Source: Patescibacteria group bacterium
GTDB taxonomy: Bacteria > Patescibacteriota > Minisyncoccia > Phycocordibacterales > Zambryskibacteraceae
Direction of reading: 5' to 3'
Assembly (NCBI GenBank): GCA_038058485.1
Contig: JBBUBA010000022.1
Location: 1 to 43,163, forward strand
Length of the DNA stretch: 43,163 bases
This document shows positions 15,848-23,219 of the stretch, piece after piece. How positions within the stretch are numbered: the first letter of the stretch is position 1; the number at the start of each line of letters is the position of its first letter. The translations under genes were made by a program, and so were the position numbers. The notes under the pieces were generated by a model. That model searched no databases. It had not been told where the DNA came from and saw only the letters and a program-made list of their open reading frames with translations.

Positions 15848-17002
15848 ATGCGCAAAACTGAATTTGATAAGCCTCTTTGGATAGCAGCTCACTTCGGCTT
15901 TGTGCCGATGGAGGCTCCATCAATCTCGGAAGAGGATGTTCGAATGACTAAAGACTGCATGCCTGCGCATGCAGGCGATGAGAAGATTGATAAGGCTTCT
16001 GGTTCACCCCGCCTTGGCGGGGCAAGCCTCATCTGTAACGCTCCAGAGAAGGCTGCCTTTATTCGTCATTGCGTTGAGAAAAAACTGTCAGAATCCCTCT
16101 TCCCTCTTGCTCTATCTTGGCGCAGAGGCCGAGATTATGCACTCGAGCTGGTGGGCTACCCCATAGGAGTGGCCGAGGCCAAACTCATTCGTGCTTCCCT
16201 TTCAATCCTAAACGAAGAAGGTTACAAGGATCTGAAGGTTGAGATAAATTCCATCGGAGACAAAGACTCCATCATGGCCTACGAACGAGAGCTCCACACA
16301 CACCTGCGTAAGGCTGGACATGACTTATCGACCGAACTGAAGAAAATTTTTAAAGAAGATATTTTTGCTTTGGCTAAAGCTCAAGGTGAGGAAGCGGAGA
16401 ATTTGAAGAAAAATATGCCTTCTTCTGTGGCTAGTCTCTCGGCACCGAGCAGAGTGCAGTTTAAAGAAGTCATAGATTATTTAGACGCCTTAAAAATAGA
16501 GTATCGCTTTGCCCCAGAACTCGTTGGACACAAAAATTTATGTTCGGAGACTTTATTCGCAGTGAGAGATGCTGAAAACCGCCTCCTTGCTGGAGGCTAC
16601 AGATATTCAAGACTTTCAAAACGCTTTGGTTTCAAAAAAGAACTTTCCTTAATTGGAGCTACGATTTATGGCGAGAAGAAAATTAAGGATGTCAAAGTCT
16701 ACAAGGAAGCTCCTAGAGCTAGGTTCTATCTGGTGCACCTAGGCCGTGAGGCTAGGATGAAGGCCCTGTCCCTCATAGAGCTCCTGCGCTCATGTCACAT
16801 ACCAATCTATCACTATCTGGGCAGAGATAAGCTTGCAGACCAAATGCAGAGCCCAGAAGCCATACGTACACCGTATCACTTGATTGTCGGACAAAAGGAA
16901 GCTCTCGACAATACTGTCACCATAAGAAACGTTGGCAGTCGTGCTCAAGACACAATTGAAATGGCTCGCCTTCCCGACTACCTCAAGCATTTGCCGATTT
17001 GA
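15848..17002 (+). CDS. HisRS/HisZ-like class II aaRS paralogue (divergent)
   Basis: FGFVPMEAPSISEE resembles motif 1. The C-terminal anticodon-binding-like region reads LIVGQKEALDNTVTIRN. The canonical RYERPQ-type segment is not evident. Confidence 0.55.
   Translation: MRKTEFDKPLWIAAHFGFVPMEAPSISEEDVRMTKDCMPAHAGDEKIDKASGSPRLGGASLICNAPEKAAFIRHCVEKKLSESLFPLALSWRRGRDYALELVGYPIGVAEAKLIRASLSILNEEGYKDLKVEINSIGDKDSIMAYERELHTHLRKAGHDLSTELKKIFKEDIFALAKAQGEEAENLKKNMPSSVASLSAPSRVQFKEVIDYLDALKIEYRFAPELVGHKNLCSETLFAVRDAENRLLAGGYRYSRLSKRFGFKKELSLIGATIYGEKKIKDVKVYKEAPRARFYLVHLGREARMKALSLIELLRSCHIPIYHYLGRDKLADQMQSPEAIRTPYHLIVGQKEALDNTVTIRNVGSRAQDTIEMARLPDYLKHLPI
16974..16998. repeat. left copy of a perfect 25-nt direct repeat CCGACTACCTCAAGCATTTGCCGAT
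   Basis: Encodes the last codons (..DYLKHLPI) of the HisRS-like gene. Identical 25-mer at 17430-17454. Confidence 0.95.
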
Positions 17003-17027
17003 CAAACTCAGTGTAGTATAGTAATAT
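16999..17027 (+). promoter_or_regulatory. promoter TTGACA-17-TAATAT (cassette D1)
   Basis: The -35 box starts directly after the repeat and overlaps the TGA stop. The ATG at 17026 from the ORF track lies inside the -10 box. Confidence 0.55.
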
Positions 17028-17064
17028 GCAAGCAGGCTCGAACTTCACTCAACCGGAGGTTTAC

Positions 17065-17319
17065 ATGGTGTTCATTTTCAAGTCTCTTGGCGTCGCGGGG
17101 TTCATCGCTTTGAGCTTCACCGTGTATGCCCTGGTCGGAGGAATTCTGACTCTCTTCCATGTCGCTCAACACGGCTCCCTGTCACAAGTAGTGATAGTGG
17201 TTGCACTGGATACCATGCTGATTCTGATCATTGTCGGCTTCGTCAAGTTCCTCGTATACGCATGGAAGAATACCGATCGCATCGCATCTGGCAAAATCGC
17301 AACTCCCTTCAGCTCCTGA
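17065..17319 (+). CDS. 84-aa two-TM mini-protein
   Basis: ATG lies 5 nt after GGAGG (AACCGGAGGT context). Two hydrophobic helices. GC3-rich codons. Confidence 0.6.
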   Translation: MVFIFKSLGVAGFIALSFTVYALVGGILTLFHVAQHGSLSQVVIVVALDTMLILIIVGFVKFLVYAWKNTDRIASGKIATPFSS

Positions 17320-17351
17320 CAAAATTGGGAGCTTTTTCATACAAATTTCAC

Positions 17352-17373
17352 AACATACGATATATCGTATGTT
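17352..17373. repeat. perfect 22-nt palindrome AACATACGATATATCGTATGTT
   Basis: Seen directly. Lies between the D1 stop and the right 25-nt repeat, with no T-tract after it. Confidence 0.9.
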
Positions 17374-17429
17374 AATAACTACACGTCATAATTTTGCTAC
17401 CGCACAACATTGACGTATGAGGAATTTCA

Positions 17430-17454
17430 CCGACTACCTCAAGCATTTGCCGAT
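17430..17454. repeat. right copy of the 25-nt direct repeat
   Basis: Followed by A TAA, so ..DYLKHLPI-stop can be read here too. Confidence 0.95.
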
Positions 17455-17514
17455 ATAAATAGCGTATTTACTGAACTCTGCAACATCATATCAGACACTA
17501 ACCGGAGGTAGCAA

Positions 17515-17739
17515 ATGAAAGCTCTTAAGCTCCTCTTCATTATCGGAGGCATGGTGGAGGTTGGAATAATCAGCCTTTCCACCGCCTTCGCTGTGAAAAT
17601 CATCGAGGTAATCACCACTCTCGACAGCTTCACGCTGGTAAGCGTGACCATCATCTGGATACTGATGGTCATGGTCTCCATCGTGTTCGGCTACGTGCTC
17701 TACATCGGTTGGAAAGTGTACAAGAAGATGCCTCGCTGA
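17515..17739 (+). CDS. 74-aa two-TM mini-protein (same architecture as 17065-17319)
   Basis: ATG preceded by AACCGGAGGT, as for D1. Two hydrophobic helices and a basic C-terminus. Confidence 0.6.
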   Translation: MKALKLLFIIGGMVEVGIISLSTAFAVKIIEVITTLDSFTLVSVTIIWILMVMVSIVFGYVLYIGWKVYKKMPR

Positions 17740-17764
17740 ATGCCCGCGAAATGATGCCCCAACT

Positions 17765-17800
17765 AGCCGGGCGAATCTAGTACAGATTCGCCCGGCTTTC
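17765..17800 (+). terminator. GC-rich hairpin, probable terminator
   Basis: AGCCGGGCGAATCT / AGATTCGCCCGGCT 14-bp stem followed by TTCACG (weak T-tract). Confidence 0.55.
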
Positions 17801-17845
17801 ACGTTATTGCAGGCTTAAATATATTGTGTTAGAGTTTCCCGACAA

Positions 17846-18097
17846 ATGGTAAATATTGAAGTAATTAAAGGTCCAAACGAGAACAATTTAAGCGTCCTGA
17901 GACGCTTCCAAAAGCGCGTCCAAGGTGCTGGGATTTTGATAAAAGTCCGTAGCAAGCGCTACAGCGAGAGGGTCAAGAGCGAGAACGTCAAAAGAGCTAA
18001 GACTCTGGCTTATCTCGTGAAAAAAGAAAAAATAAACGAGCTCCTTAAGCTAGGAAAAATGAATGAACTCCAAAAGTTTGGTAAGAAACGCCGATAA
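17846..18097 (+). CDS. rpsU: 30S ribosomal protein S21
   Basis: Short basic protein. ..NLSVLRRFQKRVQGAGILIKVRSKRYSERVKSE.. is S21-like. Confidence 0.75.
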   Translation: MVNIEVIKGPNENNLSVLRRFQKRVQGAGILIKVRSKRYSERVKSENVKRAKTLAYLVKKEKINELLKLGKMNELQKFGKKRR

Positions 18098-18452
18098 TCT
18101 GAAAGACAGAGTTCTCGGCAAAAAGTACGAGCTCTCTTTAGTTTTTTGCAAAGATTCCCTCTCTCGTAAACTCAATCGCATCTACAGAGGTAAGGATAAG
18201 CCAACAAATGTTTTGGCCTTCCCCTTGTCTCCAACTTCTGGAGAAATTTTTATTAATACTAATCGTCTCCAAGATTTTTCTGCCCTAGAACTGTACATTC
18301 ACGCACTTCTACATTTGAAAGGGATGCGACATAGCGCTAAAATGGAGAGCGAGGAAAAAAGACTTCTCAAAATTTTTAATGGCAAGACACACATCAGTAG
18401 GAATCGACATAGGAAGTCACCACATCAAGGCAGTCATAGCCGAAGAGGCTAA
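18063..18452 (+). CDS. ybeY: rRNA maturation endoribonuclease YbeY
   Basis: HALLHLKGMRH matches the H..LHL.G.DH zinc motif. Overlaps rpsU and ftsA at its ends. Confidence 0.75.
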   Translation: MNSKSLVRNADNLKDRVLGKKYELSLVFCKDSLSRKLNRIYRGKDKPTNVLAFPLSPTSGEIFINTNRLQDFSALELYIHALLHLKGMRHSAKMESEEKRLLKIFNGKTHISRNRHRKSPHQGSHSRRG

Positions 18453-19581
18453 AGAGGGAGAACGGATTATCCCCAAAATACTAGGTACCGGCTTTGCTGA
18501 AACTAGAGGACTTCGAAAGGGCTTCATTGTAGATGTTGGGGAGGTCTCGCGAAGCGTTAGAACAGCTCTCGACAAAGCTGAAAAAGCCGCTGGGGTTGAG
18601 GTTAAGCGAGCCTTTGTTTCCGTTGGAGGAATTGGCTTGGGAAGCACTTTAGCTATCGGTTCGGTAGCGGTATCGCGAGCTGATCTTGAAGTTACAAATC
18701 TTGATATCGAAAATGCTCATGAAGCCGCCGAGGCCGTCATTCCGCAAGCTCTCTCACTCAACAGAAAAATAATCAACACTATTCCAGTCGAGGTTAAACT
18801 CGATGGCAAAACAGTTTTGAGTCGACTCGAGGGCATGCGTGGTAGCAAGCTTGATGTAAGAATCCTCTTCGTCACCTGCCTCGAACATCATCTTGAGGAT
18901 CTGATCCGTGCTGTAGAAGGGGCCGGAGTGGAAGTGGTAGATGTGGTGGCGGCTCCTGTAGCGGCCTCCTTCGTTATCCTTTCCAAGAAGCAGAAAAGGG
19001 CCGGATGCCTCCTCGTCAATATTGGAGCAGAGACTACCTCTTTAGTGGTGTTTGAAAATAGTAATCCCCTCTCTCTAGAGGTTCTTGAGATTGGAGGTGG
19101 TGACGTCACAAATGACATAGCCCTCGGGCTCAAAACAACTCTCGAGGAGGCGGAATCTATAAAATTAGGAAGCTTAACCCGCACAGATTATCCAAAAAAG
19201 AAGCTCGACGACATTATAGGCAATCGCCTTTCTGAAATGATGGGACTCATTGATCAACACCTAAAAAAAATTGGGCGTCATCAGCTTCTACCAGCAGGAG
19301 TGATACTGACGGGAGGTGGGAGCGCTCTTTATGGACTTAGGGAATTTGTCGAGGACGAACTTAAACTCCCAGCCAGAATTGGCTCTATCCACTTCGGAGA
19401 TGATGAGAAAATTTCAAATAAAGATTTGCCTTGGTCAACTGCTTACGGTTTAGCTATCTTTGGTTTCAATGCTGATAACGAACAAGGCTCTGTCGGACAG
19501 CACGGTGTAGAAAGAGTAGTGAAGGGAGGACGCAAAGGATTTCTCACCCTTTCACGTTGGATTTCAAAATTTTTACCATAG
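18379..19581 (+). CDS. ftsA: cell division protein FtsA
   Basis: Actin-like ATPase N-terminus VGIDIGSHHIKAVI, GGGDVTNDIA, and a position directly upstream of ftsZ. Confidence 0.9.
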   Translation: MARHTSVGIDIGSHHIKAVIAEEAKEGERIIPKILGTGFAETRGLRKGFIVDVGEVSRSVRTALDKAEKAAGVEVKRAFVSVGGIGLGSTLAIGSVAVSRADLEVTNLDIENAHEAAEAVIPQALSLNRKIINTIPVEVKLDGKTVLSRLEGMRGSKLDVRILFVTCLEHHLEDLIRAVEGAGVEVVDVVAAPVAASFVILSKKQKRAGCLLVNIGAETTSLVVFENSNPLSLEVLEIGGGDVTNDIALGLKTTLEEAESIKLGSLTRTDYPKKKLDDIIGNRLSEMMGLIDQHLKKIGRHQLLPAGVILTGGGSALYGLREFVEDELKLPARIGSIHFGDDEKISNKDLPWSTAYGLAIFGFNADNEQGSVGQHGVERVVKGGRKGFLTLSRWISKFLP

Positions 19582-19811
19582 ATTCTGGAGCTGGTTTGTG
19601 AATATAAAATTCTAAAGAGTAAAAGTCAAACACTAAATTACATTCGAGTACGGCTCTATTGAGGCGTAAATATTAGACTCTGGAGCCATAGTTTTATTTT
19701 GAAAAATCTAACCTGATTCCAAACGGTGTCAACTGTTTCTTTTTATTGAGAGCTCATGTACTATGTTGGCACCTCAAATTTCAGAGGCCATATTCTCACC
19801 TAAACATATTT

Positions 19812-20993
19812 ATGCCACAAGTCAAACCAGCTATTGAAACGTTTGCTCGCATCAAAGTCATTGGTATCGGAGGTTCAGGCAAGAACACTGTGAACCACAT
19901 GATTAATTCGAAGGTTCGCGGAGTTGATTTCATTGCAGTCAACACAGATGCACAAGACTTACATCAATCTCTAGCAAAAAAGAAAGTTCATATCGGCAAA
20001 AATTTGACTCGTGGTCTTGGCGCCGGCATGAATCCGGAACTTGGTAAGCGCGCTGTAGAAGAAACTAAAGAAGAAATTCAAGAGGCCATCAAAGGAGCCG
20101 ATATGGTCTTCGTGGCTTGTGGTATGGGAGGTGGCACTGGTTCAGGCGCCGCTCCAATAATTGCTCGTACAGCTAAAGAAAACGGCTCTCTGACTGTGGC
20201 TGTTGTGACCAAACCATTCTTCTTTGAGGGTGTCCAGCGAATGAGAATTGCTGAAAACGCTATAGAAGAATTGAAGGGCGCTGTTGATGCCATGATTATC
20301 ATCCCCAACGATCGCCTTCTTGCCACAATCGACAAGGAAACGAGCGCCAAGAACGCCTTCGCCATCTGCGACAATATACTGAAGGAGGCTGTCGAGGGCA
20401 TTTCTGACCTCATCACAATGCCAGGGATTATCAATATAGACTTTGCCGATATACGTTCCGTCATGGAAAATGCCGGAGCAGCTCTTATGGGTATAGGAGT
20501 TGGTCAAGGAGATAAGCGAGCCGAGGATGCGGCTAGAGCTGCTATTTCTTCTCCCTTGCTTGAAATCTCTATAAACGGAGCGAAGGGTGTCCTCTTCTCC
20601 ATTGCGGGAGGAGACGATCTCACTATGTTTGAGATTCAGGACGCCGCTAAGGTCATCACCGAGTCGGTGGATCCAAATGCCAAGATTATCTTTGGAACAG
20701 TCCATGACGACAAGCTTAAGAAGGGTGAAGTGAAGATTACTGTCATTGCCTCCAACTTTCCCGAATCACAACAGAAAAAGGTAACTTCCCTCTTTGGTAA
20801 GGAAACATCAGAAGATGAGGATAAATCAAAAAACAAAATTTTTGGAAGTTTCAGTTCTTCGCCAAAAGCCGAGAAGCAAGCCGAACCTTCGCCAATCACA
20901 TTAAAGAAAACAGAGACAGTCCCTGCTCCACAAGAAGACGAGGATGACTGGAACGCCGTCCCCTCATTTCTCCGTAGGTCAAAGTTGAAGTAG
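19812..20993 (+). CDS. ftsZ: cell division protein FtsZ
   Basis: IKVIGIGGSGKN, the GGGTGSGAAP tubulin signature and NTDAQ. Start taken at MPQVKP. Confidence 0.95.
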   Translation: MPQVKPAIETFARIKVIGIGGSGKNTVNHMINSKVRGVDFIAVNTDAQDLHQSLAKKKVHIGKNLTRGLGAGMNPELGKRAVEETKEEIQEAIKGADMVFVACGMGGGTGSGAAPIIARTAKENGSLTVAVVTKPFFFEGVQRMRIAENAIEELKGAVDAMIIIPNDRLLATIDKETSAKNAFAICDNILKEAVEGISDLITMPGIINIDFADIRSVMENAGAALMGIGVGQGDKRAEDAARAAISSPLLEISINGAKGVLFSIAGGDDLTMFEIQDAAKVITESVDPNAKIIFGTVHDDKLKKGEVKITVIASNFPESQQKKVTSLFGKETSEDEDKSKNKIFGSFSSSPKAEKQAEPSPITLKKTETVPAPQEDEDDWNAVPSFLRRSKLK

Positions 20994-21002
20994 AATAGTG
21001 CG

Positions 21003-21926
21003 ATGTATGATTTGATAATAGTAGGCGGGGGTCCCGCTGGGGTATCGGCTGGTGTCTATGCGGCGAGGAAGCGCTTGAAAACTCTGCTTATAACCGAGAG
21101 TTTTGGTGGGCAATCCGTAGAATCTGTGGGAGTTGAGAACTGGATAGGTACTATAAAAATTTCTGGTCCAGAACTGGCTAAAGTGCTTGAGGAACATCTG
21201 AGAGCTTATGCCGGAGACTCTGTGTCCATCAAGACTGGTGCAAGAGTAGAAAAAATAAAAAAAACAAATGAGGGGTTCGAAGTCAATGTAGGAAGCGAAA
21301 ATTTTAAAACAAAAACCGTTTTAATTGCCTCCGGCTCTTCGAGAAGAAAGTTAGATATACCGGGAGCGAAGAAATTTGAGAACAAGGGTATTACCTATTG
21401 TGCCTCCTGTGATGGACCACTATTTAGTGATCAGGATACTGTTGTGATCGGTGGAGGAAACGCTGGCCTTGAGACAGCCGCACAACTTATGGCCTATACG
21501 AAATCGGTAACAATTCTCATTCGAGGAGATAGCACGAAAGCAGATCAAGCCACAGTTGAGAGGATTCTAGCAAATCCAAAGGTTAGAGAAATCACTAATG
21601 CCACACCTGTGGAGATTAGGGGGGATAAGTTTGTAAAATCTATACTTTACAAGAATTCAAAAACTGGTGAGGAGGAGGAAATTATGGCAACTGGTATCTT
21701 TGTCGAGATAGGACTAATCCCTGCTACAAACTTCGTTGAAGAATTGGTTTCTATGAATAATTTCAAACAAATAAAAATTGACCCTCGTACTCAACGCACT
21801 GAAACAAAAGGCATTTGGGCTGCTGGAGATGCCACAGACTCTCTTTATCATCAAAACAATATTGCTTCCGGAGACGCGGTGAGAGCACTCGAGGATATCT
21901 ACTTATATATTCAAACTGGCAAATGA
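21003..21926 (+). CDS. trxB: thioredoxin-disulfide reductase
   Basis: GGGPAG FAD motif, redox CASC(DG), second GGGNAG NADPH motif. Confidence 0.9.
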   Translation: MYDLIIVGGGPAGVSAGVYAARKRLKTLLITESFGGQSVESVGVENWIGTIKISGPELAKVLEEHLRAYAGDSVSIKTGARVEKIKKTNEGFEVNVGSENFKTKTVLIASGSSRRKLDIPGAKKFENKGITYCASCDGPLFSDQDTVVIGGGNAGLETAAQLMAYTKSVTILIRGDSTKADQATVERILANPKVREITNATPVEIRGDKFVKSILYKNSKTGEEEEIMATGIFVEIGLIPATNFVEELVSMNNFKQIKIDPRTQRTETKGIWAAGDATDSLYHQNNIASGDAVRALEDIYLYIQTGK

Positions 21927-21952
21927 AAAGGCGAGCGTTTGTGGCGCTCGCC
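21926..21952 (-). terminator. terminator for the minus-strand cassette E gene
   Basis: GGCGAGCG / CGCTCGCC stem. A TTTT follows it on the minus strand. Abuts the trxB stop codon. Confidence 0.55.
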
Positions 21953-21978
21953 ATGTTTGAAGGTGCAGGTTGCTCTTG

Positions 21979-22551
21979 CTAGAAGTTGTGGTTGAGCCCG
22001 TAGCTCACGACGAGCTTTCTTCCATTGCAACAGTTGTTGGCAACCACAAACCCAAGAGTGACCAGGCTAGCGATTGCCCCAACTACCGGCGCCGCACGTG
22101 CGATTGAGCTCCTCGTGCGTACCTCCGTCTGAGAGCCCGGATTGTTCCGAGTAAACCGCCTGTTCTGGTCTTCGATCCTCGCCGCAGCGACTGCATTGGC
22201 GATGGAGTCACTCCGAGCCATCGAGGCAATGACGATGCGGGCCGTTTGCTGGGCCAGCAGGTCAATGTTGATGGTCCTGGGCAGGTAGATCGTGTCCCGC
22301 CCAAGTGAGAGGGGTCTCACTCCCATACTGCGATTGGTATCCGGACGAAGCGCCGACGTCCTCGGTCTCGTAACCGAGACACGACGAACGGGGCAGGGAC
22401 GGACCTGCAACGTACCACGTACCACCGCCGCATTCCCGGTAGTATCCCGGAAAAAGGAGTAGTAGCACTTGGTCGTTGAGTCAACCTGCGCCACCGACTT
22501 GCTTGGGGAAGCAAACCAGAGACCGATGAGAAACATCATGTTACGGTACAT
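21979..22551 (-). CDS. secreted protein with a C-terminal hydrophobic anchor, R/T/S-rich, GC-rich block
   Basis: Signal-peptide-like N-terminus ..SKSVAQ. C-terminal APVVGAIASLVTLGFVV. GGAGGGG SD. No family recognised. Confidence 0.55.
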   Translation of the reverse strand: MYRNMMFLIGLWFASPSKSVAQVDSTTKCYYSFFRDTTGNAAVVRGTLQVRPCPVRRVSVTRPRTSALRPDTNRSMGVRPLSLGRDTIYLPRTINIDLLAQQTARIVIASMARSDSIANAVAAARIEDQNRRFTRNNPGSQTEVRTRSSIARAAPVVGAIASLVTLGFVVANNCCNGRKLVVSYGLNHNF

Positions 22552-22596
22552 GTCCCCTCCGGAGTTTAGTCCAGTGTGTGGGTTGGTTCTATCGCT

Positions 22597-22625
22597 ACCC
22601 TATAACAAAACCAGCCACTTGTAAA
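22597..22625 (-). promoter_or_regulatory. promoter TTTACA-17-TAGGGT (cassette E)
   Basis: Read on the minus strand, about 45 nt upstream of the ATG at 22551. Confidence 0.45.
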
Positions 22626-22681
22626 GAGCTTGAATTCCCATCCTAATAGACGCATCCCTACTCTGCTAATTACTATGGGTT

Positions 22682-22771
22682 TGGCGGAAGAGGTGAGATT
22701 CGAACTCACGGTAAGGTTTCCCCTACGCCGGTTTTCGAAACCGGTGCCTTCAACCACTCAGCCACTCTTCC
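22682..22771 (-). tRNA. tRNA-Ser(CGA), CCA encoded
   Basis: Reverse complement GGAAGAG..CCGGT-TTCGAAA-ACCGG, a long variable arm, GTGAG-TTCGAAT-CTCAC, then CTCTTCC-G-CCA. Confidence 0.9.
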
Positions 22772-22845
22772 TTCCCTGCAAGCTTGAAAATTCTAAATTG
22801 AAAATTGAAAATTAGCAAGAAATAAGCTATATTTCTTGCGTTATC

Positions 22846-22889
22846 GGCCCTATCGTCCCTGTCTGCGCAGGCAGGTATCGGTTAGGACA
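22846..22889 (+). pseudogene. duplicated 5' fragment of tRNA-Glu (acceptor 5' strand plus D-arm) interrupted by an 18-nt palindrome
   Basis: GGCCCTATCGTC[CCTGTCTGCGCAGGCAGG]TATCGGTTAGGACA compared with the intact tRNA start GGCCCTATCGTCTATCGGTTAGGACA at 23144. Confidence 0.8.
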
Positions 22890-22908
22890 ATTTATAGCTT
22901 TTGTTTAC

Positions 22909-23142
22909 TTGATAAAAAGTCTAGTGTCGAAAACCCCTTGGGTTTATGTTGGGTCTACTGAAGATGTAAACAAGAGACTCAAACAACATAATCTAGGCCA
23001 AGTGTTTTCTACAAAAGGCCGATTGCCTTATAAACTAATCCATAGTGAGAAATATCAAACACTTAAAGAAGCTAGATCTAGAGAGAAAGAAATTAAAGGA
23101 TCTAGAATTCTGAAAGAAAGTTTGGTAAGAAAATATATTTAA
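22909..23142 (+). CDS. GIY-YIG nuclease family protein (small URI-domain type)
   Basis: ..WVYVGSTEDVNKRLKQHN.G....TKGRLPYKL..SE......A..REKEIKG. The TTG start is uncertain. The frame is open from 22816, and the GIY-like strand FVYLIKS lies partly upstream of the called start. Confidence 0.75.
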   Translation: MIKSLVSKTPWVYVGSTEDVNKRLKQHNLGQVFSTKGRLPYKLIHSEKYQTLKEARSREKEIKGSRILKESLVRKYI

Positions 23143-23143
23143 C

Positions 23144-23215
23144 GGCCCTATCGTCTATCGGTTAGGACACAAGCTTTTCAAGCTTGGAAGCAGGGTTCGA
23201 CTCCCTGTAGGGTCA
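23144..23215 (+). tRNA. tRNA-Glu(TTC)
   Basis: Hand-folded cloverleaf. Anticodon stem-loop CAAGC-TTTTCAA-GCTTG, T-arm AGGG-TTCGACT-CCCT. Starts 1 nt after the GIY-YIG stop. Confidence 0.9.
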
Positions 23216-23219
23216 TCGC

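Noticed and set aside
22566-22815. ORFs 22566-22757 (minus) and 22630-22815 (plus)
   Set aside because: They overlap tRNA-Ser and the cassette E promoter region. They are short, with no coding signal.
22784-22839. TTGAAAATT x3 and the 10-bp hairpin GCAAGAAATA/TATTTCTTGC upstream of tRNA-Ser
   Set aside because: These are short AT-rich repeats in a probable promoter/UP region. They are real but not distinctive enough for a separate functional claim.
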